NCBI GenBank assembly: GCA_965262425.1
Contig: OZ253536.1
Location: 3,463,744-3,527,743, forward strand
DNA length: 64,000 nt
Source of the DNA: Terriglobia bacterium
GTDB lineage: Bacteria > Acidobacteriota > Terriglobia > 20CM-2-55-15
Direction of reading: 5' to 3'
In this document: piece after piece, positions 36,185-44,628 of the stretch
Numbering within the stretch: position 1 is the stretch's first letter
How the letters are laid out: every line of letters starts with the position of its first letter
Translations under genes and position numbers: made by a program
Notes under the pieces: generated by a model
Databases searched by the model: none
What the model saw: the letters and a program-made list of their open reading frames with translations, nothing else
Told to the model about the DNA's origin: nothing

Positions 36185-38131
36185 ATGGAGATGGAGGGAC
36201 ACATCATCGAGTTCATCGATTCGGGATCTCTGCGTGTGGGATATGTTCGCAAGCAGGAGCGGAGCAGACTCCAGATCATCGACCGGCGCGGGCGTCAGTC
36301 CAGCGCGCTCTCGTCCAGAGTCGTCATAGTGCACTTACGAATTCGCGAAGATCAGTTTTCAGAAAAGGCGGTTGAACTTCTCGAGGAAGTCGAAGAGCGG
36401 CGAGCGGAAATCGACCTGGAATTGCTTTGGGAATCCGTCAAGGCGGAGGAGAGGGATTATACGAGCGCGGAACTCGCCAAGACCTATTTCGGAGAGACCT
36501 CGCCGACATCCGAGTCCGCGGTGTTTCGGGCACTGGATTCGAACCCGCTCTTCTTCAAGAAACGAGGAATCGAGTTCCAGCCACGATCCGAAATGCAGGT
36601 CGCTAACGAGCGGGTTCGAAGGGAGCGTGAAGAGGAACGCGAACGGTTTCGCGGGAGAGTGTCCGACCTGCTTCGCCGTGCGTTACGGGAATCCGAGCCT
36701 CCCACCGACCCGGAATGGCCCACAGTCGCCGACCGCTTGCATTCCTGGCTGCGACTGGGAGGAAAAGACGAGGTCGGCGAAATCCTGGAGGATGTCCTCG
36801 GGGAACCCCGGGCCAGAACGGCTGCATACGATCTGCTCGTGAAATCCGGCCGCCTGGATCCATCCGAGGACCGGTTCCTGCTCATCAACGGAGTCAACCA
36901 GCACTTTTCCGAAGACACTCTCGAAGCGTGTGCAAGTCTCAGTCACTACGAGCACGACGGAAGTCGAGTTGATCGGACCAACCTGTCCGCACTGGCGATT
37001 GATGATGAAGACACACGGGAGGTCGATGATGCGCTGACTGTTGACGAAGTTAACGGCGAGACGATTGTCGGAATCCATATCGCCGATGTGTCGGCGTTTG
37101 TAAGAATGGACGGGCCACTCGACCGCGAAGCCTACAGGCGCTCGGCCACGCTCTATCTTCCAAATATATCGGTCACGATGTTTCCCGAACGGCTGGCCAC
37201 CGACCTGGCCAGCCTGGTTCCGGAACATATACGGCCGGCCTTCACCACCGAGGTTCGGTTCGATTCGGAGAACAAGCTACTTGGTTTCAAGATATTCCAG
37301 AGTGTTGTTCGGATCACCCAGAGAATGTCGTACGAAGGCGCGGACCGCAGTCTGGCCTCGGGGAACACAACCCTCGTACGCCTGGAGAAGATCGCTTCGA
37401 AGCTCCTGGAGACCCGAAAGGAGCGAGGCGCCAGCGTCCATCGCAGACCTGAGCTCAAGGTTCGTGTCAAAGGCAACGAAATTTCAATCGGGCGTATCGA
37501 TTCGAATTCGCCGACGCGATTGATCGTCAGCGAAATGATGATCCTGGCGAACCGGCTTGGGGCAGACCACGCCGCAGCCGAGGACATCCCGATTATCTTT
37601 CGGACCCAGGAACCGCCCGACGAAGCGCCGCCAAAAACCGATGGCCTGCCAGAACCACTCCAGTTCGAGCGATTAAGGAAAACATTCAAGCGATCCCGGT
37701 TGTCGCTGGCCCCCGGAGAACACTCGGGGCTGGGATTGAGCGCATACTCGCAGATGTCCTCGCCTATTCGAAGATACGCCGACCTGGTCAGCCAGAGGCA
37801 GTTCGCTGCCGCTCGTAACGATGGAGATCTGCCGTATGACAAGGAAGAACTCCTCAGGATTCTAACGACGGTCGAGGCGGCTGAACTGGAGGTCCGACGC
37901 CTGGAGGAAGCTTCGACAACCTACTGGGTCCTGGAATACCTTTCGCGCGTGGAAATGAATCGGCCGCTCGAGGCCCTGATTCTCAATCCAAGAGGAACGC
38001 TGGAGTTGACCGATTACCTGGTCCGAGGAAAAGCGGTAGGACTGGAGAACCCCAATCCAGGCGACTATGTGACAGTAGAAATCGAGTCGGTACATCCACG
38101 GAAGCCCGAAATTCGATTCCGCCCCGCTTGA
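36185..38131 (+). CDS. RNase II / RNase R family 3'-5' exoribonuclease (RNB domain)
   Basis: RNB motif TREVDDALTVDEVNGETIVGIHIADVSAFV, plus YLPNISVTMFPERL. 648 aa. Confidence 0.8.
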   Translation: MEMEGHIIEFIDSGSLRVGYVRKQERSRLQIIDRRGRQSSALSSRVVIVHLRIREDQFSEKAVELLEEVEERRAEIDLELLWESVKAEERDYTSAELAKTYFGETSPTSESAVFRALDSNPLFFKKRGIEFQPRSEMQVANERVRREREEERERFRGRVSDLLRRALRESEPPTDPEWPTVADRLHSWLRLGGKDEVGEILEDVLGEPRARTAAYDLLVKSGRLDPSEDRFLLINGVNQHFSEDTLEACASLSHYEHDGSRVDRTNLSALAIDDEDTREVDDALTVDEVNGETIVGIHIADVSAFVRMDGPLDREAYRRSATLYLPNISVTMFPERLATDLASLVPEHIRPAFTTEVRFDSENKLLGFKIFQSVVRITQRMSYEGADRSLASGNTTLVRLEKIASKLLETRKERGASVHRRPELKVRVKGNEISIGRIDSNSPTRLIVSEMMILANRLGADHAAAEDIPIIFRTQEPPDEAPPKTDGLPEPLQFERLRKTFKRSRLSLAPGEHSGLGLSAYSQMSSPIRRYADLVSQRQFAAARNDGDLPYDKEELLRILTTVEAAELEVRRLEEASTTYWVLEYLSRVEMNRPLEALILNPRGTLELTDYLVRGKAVGLENPNPGDYVTVEIESVHPRKPEIRFRPA

Positions 38132-38333
38132 AGCCCCATCAACGAATCATGGCCAGGAAAAAAAAGGGAGATGCCGCACGGAGAAAGAAACGGTTCGACC
38201 AGGCCATGATCGACAGCACGGACCTGCTGGGCGGATTGATCGCCGATGTGGGCTTCCCTATTCGATCTGACGATTTCCTTGTTTTTGAATTGGCGAGGCT
38301 GACCGAAGACTACGACGAACCGTCGTTCGGGAA
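38128..38333 (+). pseudogene. 5' part of an approximately 530-aa gene disrupted by IS256 insertion
   Basis: The reading frame ...EDYDEPSFG continues exactly after the IS and its 8-bp duplication into the 39783-41175 ORF (..NEEFRLLVEQGIRLLVDRDVGIRARIV). 4-nt overlap with the RNase II-family gene. Confidence 0.65.
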
Positions 38334-39774
38334 GAAAGTGTGCCAATCTTAGTTGGAAATTGAAACGGCTCCAAACCCTATGGTTTGATGGTATTGGAAG
38401 AAACAACATCAAGCCTGTAAGAGAAAGGAGCCGAGATGAGCAGTCTGTTACGTTCGGTGAAGAAACGCAAGAAGTCGCGTGTGCTGGGTGAGGTCGAGGT
38501 CCTGAGCCGGGAGGAATACTCGGGACTGGAATTGGACTCGAAGGTGGAGATGATTCGGGCGTTGATCCCACTGGGGTTGATGCACGTGGAGGAGTTGCTC
38601 GACGAGGAAGTGAAGGCGTTGGCGGGTGAGCGATACGCGCGAAAGGAGGCGACGTTGAGGGGCCGGCGACACGGGAGTAATCCGGGGACCGTGGGGCTCG
38701 GGGGCCAGCGGGTGCCGGTTCGGGTGCCTCGAGTGCGCAGCGTGGCGGGCGGGGAGATTCCGCTTCGGAGCTACGAGGAACTCAGTCCGGATGGCGCGGT
38801 GAACGAACTGCTTCTCAGACGTGTGCTTTATGGGATCTCCTGCCGGAACTACGAGTCGGCCGCGGAAGCGATTCCAGGAGCCATCGGATTGTCGAGCTCG
38901 ACGGTGTCTCGAGGATTCGTCCAGGCGAGTGGGGCGAAACTTCGGGAGATGCAGGAGCGGGATCTGTCGGCCGAGGACGTGGTGGCGATCTTCCTGGACG
39001 GGAAAATGTTTGCCGACGCCACGATGGTTGTGGCCCTGGGCATCACAATTACGGGCGACAAACGCTTCTTAGGCTTCGTGGAGACGAGTACGGAGAACGA
39101 GCAGGTACTGACTCCGTTTCTCCGTTCATTGATGGAGCGAGGCCTGGACATCTCTGAAGGCGTGCTGGTGATCGTCGACGGCGGCAAAGGTCTGCGCGCG
39201 GCAGTCAAGCGGGCATTCGGTAATCGAGCCCTGGTCCAACGCTGCCAATGGCACAAACGCGAGAACGTGGTGAGCTACCTGTCGAAGACCGAGCAAGCCG
39301 CGTGGCGCAAGCGGCTTCAGCGTGCGTACCAGCGCCCGGAGTACAACGAAGCCCGGGCGGCCCTCGAACAGCTCCATGGAGAGCTCGAGGAGCGAAACCA
39401 ATCGGCCGCTACGAGCCTTGAGGAAGGCCTGGAGGAGACCCTCACGTTGCATCGACTCGGCGTGTACGGGGTCCTGGGCCGTTCGTTCAAGACGACGAAT
39501 TGCTTGGAATCGGTCAATGCCCTCGTCGAGGAAAGGTGCGCGAAGGTCGATCATTGGAAGAACTCGAGCCAGCGGCAGCGCTGGTTGGCGACGGCGCTCA
39601 TCGACATCGAACCACGCTTGAGGAAGGTGATCGGCTACCGTCATCTTCCAAAGCTCCGCGAAGCCCTCAGGCGGGAGCTGAAGATTGAGGCGAAGACGTC
39701 GACGAGATCGAAGAAGAAGGTTGCGTGACCAATCGTGAGCCGTGGAGAGTTTCAACTAAGAATGGGATTGACTC
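38334..39774 (+). mobile_element. IS256-family insertion sequence, copy 1 (1441 bp), 8-bp target-site duplication TTCGGGAA
   Basis: Ends gaaagtgtgccaatcttagttgg ... ccaactaagaatgggattgactc (imperfect IR). Direct repeat ttcgggaa at 38326-38333 and 39775-39782. 99.9% identical to copy 2. Confidence 0.88.
38436..39728 (+). CDS. IS256-family (Mutator-like) transposase, intact 430 aa
   Basis: Has the DDE motif region AIFLDGKMF..VIVDGGKGL..CQWHKRENV typical of the IS256 family. Confidence 0.88.
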   Translation: MSSLLRSVKKRKKSRVLGEVEVLSREEYSGLELDSKVEMIRALIPLGLMHVEELLDEEVKALAGERYARKEATLRGRRHGSNPGTVGLGGQRVPVRVPRVRSVAGGEIPLRSYEELSPDGAVNELLLRRVLYGISCRNYESAAEAIPGAIGLSSSTVSRGFVQASGAKLREMQERDLSAEDVVAIFLDGKMFADATMVVALGITITGDKRFLGFVETSTENEQVLTPFLRSLMERGLDISEGVLVIVDGGKGLRAAVKRAFGNRALVQRCQWHKRENVVSYLSKTEQAAWRKRLQRAYQRPEYNEARAALEQLHGELEERNQSAATSLEEGLEETLTLHRLGVYGVLGRSFKTTNCLESVNALVEERCAKVDHWKNSSQRQRWLATALIDIEPRLRKVIGYRHLPKLREALRRELKIEAKTSTRSKKKVA

Positions 39775-39782
39775 TTCGGGAA

Positions 39783-41175
39783 TGAGGAATTCCGCCTCCT
39801 CGTCGAGCAGGGTATCCGACTCCTGGTGGATCGTGACGTCGGCATCCGGGCCCGAATCGTCGGCAAGCTGCGCCAGGCCTACCCGGAAATGCAACCGGAG
39901 GCCCGGAGGATCGCCCCGGATGTCATCGGCGCAATCGAAGACGTGGACTTTCCGCTTCAACAGGTCGGCGCGGTCGTTCGCAGCTTCACGAACCAGCTTT
40001 TCGAGAAGCTGGAAGACATGCCGGATGGTTCGGGGGCCGAGGAACCAGCCAGGGAGTTGCTGGAGGGGTGGAAGGCGGGAAAGGTCGATCGCCTGACGAT
40101 GTTCGAGAAGATGAGAGACATCGGCCCAGGCTCGGTCGGGTCCGTTGCCGACATGCTTTTCGAAACGGTGGATGACGTCGGAGTGACCGAAACAGCCGTC
40201 GAACTGCTGGCGATGTTTGAGACGCCGGTAGCTGCGCGGGTTCTGGCCTACCTGGTCTCAGTACCGATCCTCGAAGAGGAGCAGGAAGGACGGGCACAGG
40301 CCGCTTTGAAAGAGCTCTGGCCGATGCCAATGCCATACTTTCTTTACAATCTCAAGAAACACACGCATGAAGACCTCCCGTTCCGATGGTTCGAACTGCT
40401 CGTTCAAATGGATCAAACTCGTGCGGTCGAGAGGACGCTCGAAGAGGTGGCGGTTCACTCCCACGACCAGAGCTATCACGAGGATCTGCTCGCGATCCTT
40501 TCGCTGCTCGACCGATCGAACGATCCCGGCGTTGTCGGGAAGATTCTGCAGTTGATAACGGACTCCAGAACCCCGGAAGCTACGCTGCGCCTGATGGAAG
40601 AATGGCTGGAAGTTGCGAAGTTGGAACCATCCGTGGTGATCGGTTTGGACCGGTGGAGGAACGGCCATTCCGTTCTCGTCCGGTCCGGAGAGGATTTCCA
40701 CACATTCGCCGCGAAGCACCCCGATCGGGGATTCGAGGCACTCCAGGACGACTGGAATGCGGCCTACCACGAATCGCTCGGCTGGCAACAGCGCGCGAGG
40801 TTTCCACGCGGGCCCCTCGAATCGGAATTCGACCGCGAGCTTCAGGACACGATGATGAGTGAACTCTCGTTGAACCCCAGGCTGGGCGAGGCCGAACTAC
40901 GGGGGCAGATTGAATCGTCCCGGGAGAACTGGCTGATGACACACCGCGACGGCGTTATCCCGTTAGTTGCGATCTACCTTGAGCGGGCTCGCGACAATCC
41001 CTGGCTGGAGGAGATCTACTGGTGTGAAATTAACGGCTGGTACGTGAAAGCGGCCCAGTTCCTGGACCAGGGGATGGCTGGCCGGGCACGGCAGTACCTG
41101 GACATGGTTCTCGAGATCGAGCCGGACTATCCGCTGGCGCGGATGTTGGATGACATCGTCGGTCACGGCGGGTAG
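39783..41175 (+). pseudogene. 3' part of the IS256-disrupted gene (helical-repeat protein, unknown function)
   Basis: In frame with 38128-38333 once the IS and TSD are removed. HEAT/ARM-like helical-repeat composition. Confidence 0.6.
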
Positions 41176-41280
41176 GCGCGAGGAGCGACCCCGGCTGGAC
41201 AATCCCGGCGTCGGAGAGAACCGACGGGCCGAGATTCAGCGCACCCGAGAACAAGACGGACCCGAGCCAGACACGACGGC

Positions 41281-41446
41281 CTAGGAGCCTGCGCGGCAGA
41301 AGGGATCGTAGCGAGAAAGTGGGGAATCGAGGACAGATTTTCTCGATTTTGAGGCGAATAGTGGTTCTATTTGACGAAAATCGGGGAAAATATGGACCGA
41401 TTCTACCGCTTTCGCAGTAGATCTCTTCTGCCGCGCAGGCTCCTAG
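41281..41446. repeat. 166-bp MITE-like element with perfect 22-bp terminal inverted repeats, intact copy
   Basis: ctaggagcctgcgcggcagaag ... cttctgccgcgcaggctcctag. Second copy at 57533-59146 is interrupted by IS256. Confidence 0.75.
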
Positions 41447-41479
41447 CTTAAGAAAAGGACCAACCACCGAGAACACACG

Positions 41480-41620
41480 CTAAAAATCACTGCAGGACTT
41501 GAAATACCCGCACCTGGGACACTTCAGCTTGCAGCGATCCTCGTCCATGTCCTTCCCGCAATTCGGACAGGTACGCTCGATCGCCTCCAGATCGCTTCCC
41601 TGACTGACATCGATGTCCAT
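41480..41620 (-). CDS. Small zinc-ribbon protein (~46 aa)
   Basis: RBS ggaggg ahead of the ATG. MDIDVSQGSDLEAIERTCPNCGKDMDEDRCKLKCPRCGYFKSCSDF has two CxxC pairs. Directly downstream of the DMT transporter. Below the ORF-track size cutoff. Confidence 0.4.
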   Translation of the reverse strand: MDIDVSQGSDLEAIERTCPNCGKDMDEDRCKLKCPRCGYFKSCSDF

Positions 41621-41622
41621 AT

Positions 41623-42504
41623 TCAACCCTCCACAAGCTCCGGTGGCCGGTGTGACGCTGACAGAACCACACCGCTAAAAATCAGAACGCCGGAAACAAC
41701 CATCATCCAGGTTATCGATTCGCCGAGTATTGGCACAGCCAGAAAGGCCACCAGGACCGGCTGCATGCAAATGTAAACGGAAACGAGCGTCGCCGATGCG
41801 CTTTTCAAAGCCACGCCAACCAGGAAGTAGGCCAGGATGCTGGCAAACAGAGCGAGAAACGCGATCGAGGCCCATGTCGACGCGCCGAACGAGAGAAGGT
41901 TCGTCTCCCTCAACTCGCTCCACGCGAAGGGAAGCATCGTGATTGAACCGAACGTAAAGATCCACGTCACGACCGTCATCGGATGGTAGCGGGACATGAT
42001 GTTGCGACCCAGGACAAGAAAAACCGCGTAGGAAAACGCGCCTGTCAAGAGGAGCACGTTGCCGAACGTGTACTGGGATTCGAAGGAAACCGATCCGGGG
42101 CCGGCCAGAACGAAAACGCCCGCAAAACCCAGAAACACTCCGGCGGTTTTCGGCAAGCTCGTACTTTCCCTGCCGAGGACAAGCGCGACCAAGAACGTAA
42201 ATACCGGGATCATGCCGACCAGGATCGTCGCGTTGATAGCTGTCGTCAATGACAGTCCCCGCAAATAGCACAACTGATTCAGGCTGACGCCGAACACGCT
42301 GAGCAGGAACAGCTTTCTCAAGTCGGCGGGCTCGATCCGCTCCCGGGCAAAACCGTAGAACCAGACCAGCAGGATGAGGGCCGCAATCGCGAGCCGTATC
42401 CACGCCAGGGCCCAGGGAGAGACTTCGCGGAAGGCGATCTTCGCGACAACCGGGAAGGCGGCAAAAATGAACTGAACTGCCAGCAGGCAGAGGTGCGTCG
42501 CCAT
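41623..42504 (-). CDS. EamA/DMT-superfamily transporter (10 TM)
   Basis: Two EamA-like halves. Highly hydrophobic. 293 aa. Confidence 0.72.
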   Translation of the reverse strand: MATHLCLLAVQFIFAAFPVVAKIAFREVSPWALAWIRLAIAALILLVWFYGFARERIEPADLRKLFLLSVFGVSLNQLCYLRGLSLTTAINATILVGMIPVFTFLVALVLGRESTSLPKTAGVFLGFAGVFVLAGPGSVSFESQYTFGNVLLLTGAFSYAVFLVLGRNIMSRYHPMTVVTWIFTFGSITMLPFAWSELRETNLLSFGASTWASIAFLALFASILAYFLVGVALKSASATLVSVYICMQPVLVAFLAVPILGESITWMMVVSGVLIFSGVVLSASHRPPELVEG

Positions 42505-42616
42505 ATAGGTGGAGCAACTCCGATCCGATGAGAAGCGGAGCGATGAAGATGCCTTCGGCCACGGATGAGGGCCGGCAGAGACCGGGGATCAGCCGAACGC
42601 CCTATCCGGCGGCCCA

Positions 42617-43300
42617 TTACAGATACTTGTCGTCTTGCTGTTGATTGTCGTCCGACTGCTCTTTACCGAAATACTCAGCCAGATGACCCAGAATCGCCGC
42701 CGCGTCGGCAGGTCGGCCCTCGAATGTGGTAATGCATCGGGAGCGACGCCACCCTTTCCCGTGTTTTACACCGATGATGATGTACTGATCGAAGAACCCC
42801 GTATCTTTGAGGAACCGGACTGCCGACTCGGGGGTGAACTCGTTGGTGCGGAATTCGCAGACGCTTATCAAGTCTCTCAAACGTTCCGTTTGCTCGGGTT
42901 CGAAAGTCTCGATGAACGGCTCCAACCCATGGACTTCGCACTTGGAAGGGGGCTGACCGTCCGACGACAGCGCCTCGAGTTGCGCGCGCACGAACTCACC
43001 GAGGGCGCAATCGGCGAACCCTTCAATCACCGGACCGGTTCGCGGGAACGACAGAGAGAAGACCTGATCGCGAGGGACCAGTTTTCCGCCCGCATCGATC
43101 GATGCCAGAAGCGCCGCCTCTTCGAGCGTAGGAAAGTGAAACGTAATCGGTCGGATGGTGGTTCGGCGGTTGCGAACGCCAGCGTCAAAGACTGTGTTTC
43201 GAATGCGAAACCGTACGTCTACCATCATCGCCTCCCATAATGCTCTTTCCTTTATGCTGGAAACCTCGGTCAGATGGGGTCCACTCTTGAAAGAAGGCAA
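42617..43300 (-). CDS. Hypothetical protein (227 aa), acidic C-terminus
   Basis: ORF with TTG start. No recognisable motif. Confidence 0.35.
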   Translation of the reverse strand: MPSFKSGPHLTEVSSIKERALWEAMMVDVRFRIRNTVFDAGVRNRRTTIRPITFHFPTLEEAALLASIDAGGKLVPRDQVFSLSFPRTGPVIEGFADCALGEFVRAQLEALSSDGQPPSKCEVHGLEPFIETFEPEQTERLRDLISVCEFRTNEFTPESAVRFLKDTGFFDQYIIIGVKHGKGWRRSRCITTFEGRPADAAAILGHLAEYFGKEQSDDNQQQDDKYL

Positions 43301-43347
43301 CCAACCACTTGAACCGAAACTGTTCGACGTCCCGGAGGTCGCGGCAT

Positions 43348-43446
43348 TTCAACACGAAGACACGAAGAGCACGGAGGAACACGAAGATGGGATATATCTA
43401 TACTTCGTTTTCTTCGTGTCTTCGTGTCTTCGTGTCTTCGTGTTAA
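43348..43446. repeat. Octamer-repeat palindromic element, third clear copy
   Basis: ttcaacacgaagacacgaag...cttcgtgtcttcgtgtcttcgtgttaaa. Confidence 0.7.
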
Positions 43447-43488
43447 AACGACGATTGTTTCAGTCGAGGTGGAGGTTTCAGGCGGGTT

Positions 43489-43776
43489 AGCAGCCCGTGG
43501 TGGAAGTCTGTAGGGTCGCGCGCAGGGGTATTCGGGTCTCAGGCGCGAAATGAGGAGCGGAACGATGCATAGTCCTCGTGACCGACGAATGACAAAGCCT
43601 GTGGCCCGAAGACCCCTGCGCCCTTCGGGTTACGACGGCATGGGGCCGTCTGCGGCGAGATGTCGGATGAAGAGCATCGACGTCTTCGATGGGAACCATC
43701 GCCGTCGTCGTGCCGCCTTGCATCTAGCCCCATGGCTCTCGTAACGCGACCCTACAGACTTCCACCACGGGCTGCT
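43489..43776. repeat. ~288-bp MITE-like element, copy 2, perfect 32-bp TIRs with a compensatory substitution relative to copy 1
   Basis: Left arm agcagcccgtggtgGaagtctgtagggtcgcg. The right arm is the exact reverse complement. Copy 1 has A and T at the paired positions. Confidence 0.75.
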
Positions 43777-43780
43777 TGGG

Positions 43781-44623
43781 TTACTGAACGAGGTACCCGT
43801 CACGCGTGCGGATTTTCAGGTTTCGGCCCGGAACTTCGACACGGATGGAATGGTATCCCTTTTCGGGGGAGGCGTGGTATCCGAGATAATACTGATTGCG
43901 CAGCTCGTTATTGATCTTTCTCAGAGCTTCGGCGACAGGCGCACCCCTTTCGACCAGAATGACGCTCCCGCCCGTCATGGAGGCAAGGCCTTCGAGTGTG
44001 TGCATGTCGATCAGGATGGGCGCGCCCATCGCGACGAAATACAACAAGGCCATGTGGCTCTGTGCGGACCGGACGACGGCCGTGTAGGAAGTTTCGCTTC
44101 GATTGTCTTTGCCGTCCGACAGGACGATCAGGGCCTTTCTCTGGTTGCTCCCGCCACTGACCGTCGAAATCCCGGAATACAACGCATCATAGAAAACCGA
44201 TGTTCCCCACGATCGAAGCCTGGCCAGGGCCCCGGGCAGTTGCCTCCGGTCCTGATAGAAGTTGTGAACGATGTCGGCCTCTATCGCGAACGACATGACA
44301 AATGTTTCATCTGCTGAGGACTGTCCTAAAGCAAACTCCTCAACGCCAGACCGGATCGATCCCAGGACATCGGCGGAACTACCGCTATTGTCGATCAGAA
44401 CTCCCACGCTGGTACCCAGGTCGTCCCTCTTTTCGAAGATTTCGATCGGCAAACGCCGGTCGTCCTCAAACAGCCGAAAGTCGTCCTGCTCCAGATCGGT
44501 TACGAAGTTTCCGAACTCGTCCTGAACGGTGGCAAAGATGCTGACGAGGTTGACGTCTACACGCAGGGTCGACTGCAACGGCAGGAGAACCGGCAGCGCT
44601 AGAAGTAAGGTGACGTACCTCAT
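43781..44623 (-). CDS. Secreted von Willebrand factor type A (VWA) domain protein
   Basis: Signal peptide MRYVTLLLALPVLLPL. RBS gggagga. MIDAS-like VGVLIDNSGS. Start 5 nt after the upstream gene stop. Confidence 0.65.
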   Translation of the reverse strand: MRYVTLLLALPVLLPLQSTLRVDVNLVSIFATVQDEFGNFVTDLEQDDFRLFEDDRRLPIEIFEKRDDLGTSVGVLIDNSGSSADVLGSIRSGVEEFALGQSSADETFVMSFAIEADIVHNFYQDRRQLPGALARLRSWGTSVFYDALYSGISTVSGGSNQRKALIVLSDGKDNRSETSYTAVVRSAQSHMALLYFVAMGAPILIDMHTLEGLASMTGGSVILVERGAPVAEALRKINNELRNQYYLGYHASPEKGYHSIRVEVPGRNLKIRTRDGYLVQ

Positions 44624-44628
44624 CTCTG

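Noticed and set aside
31596-43446. Possibility that the CACGAAGA/CGCAAAGA tandem octamers are a CRISPR array or minisatellite
   Set aside because: Only 2-3 units per arm, arranged as inverted arms around a loop with no spacers. No cas genes. This matches REP/MITE-like palindromes, not CRISPR.
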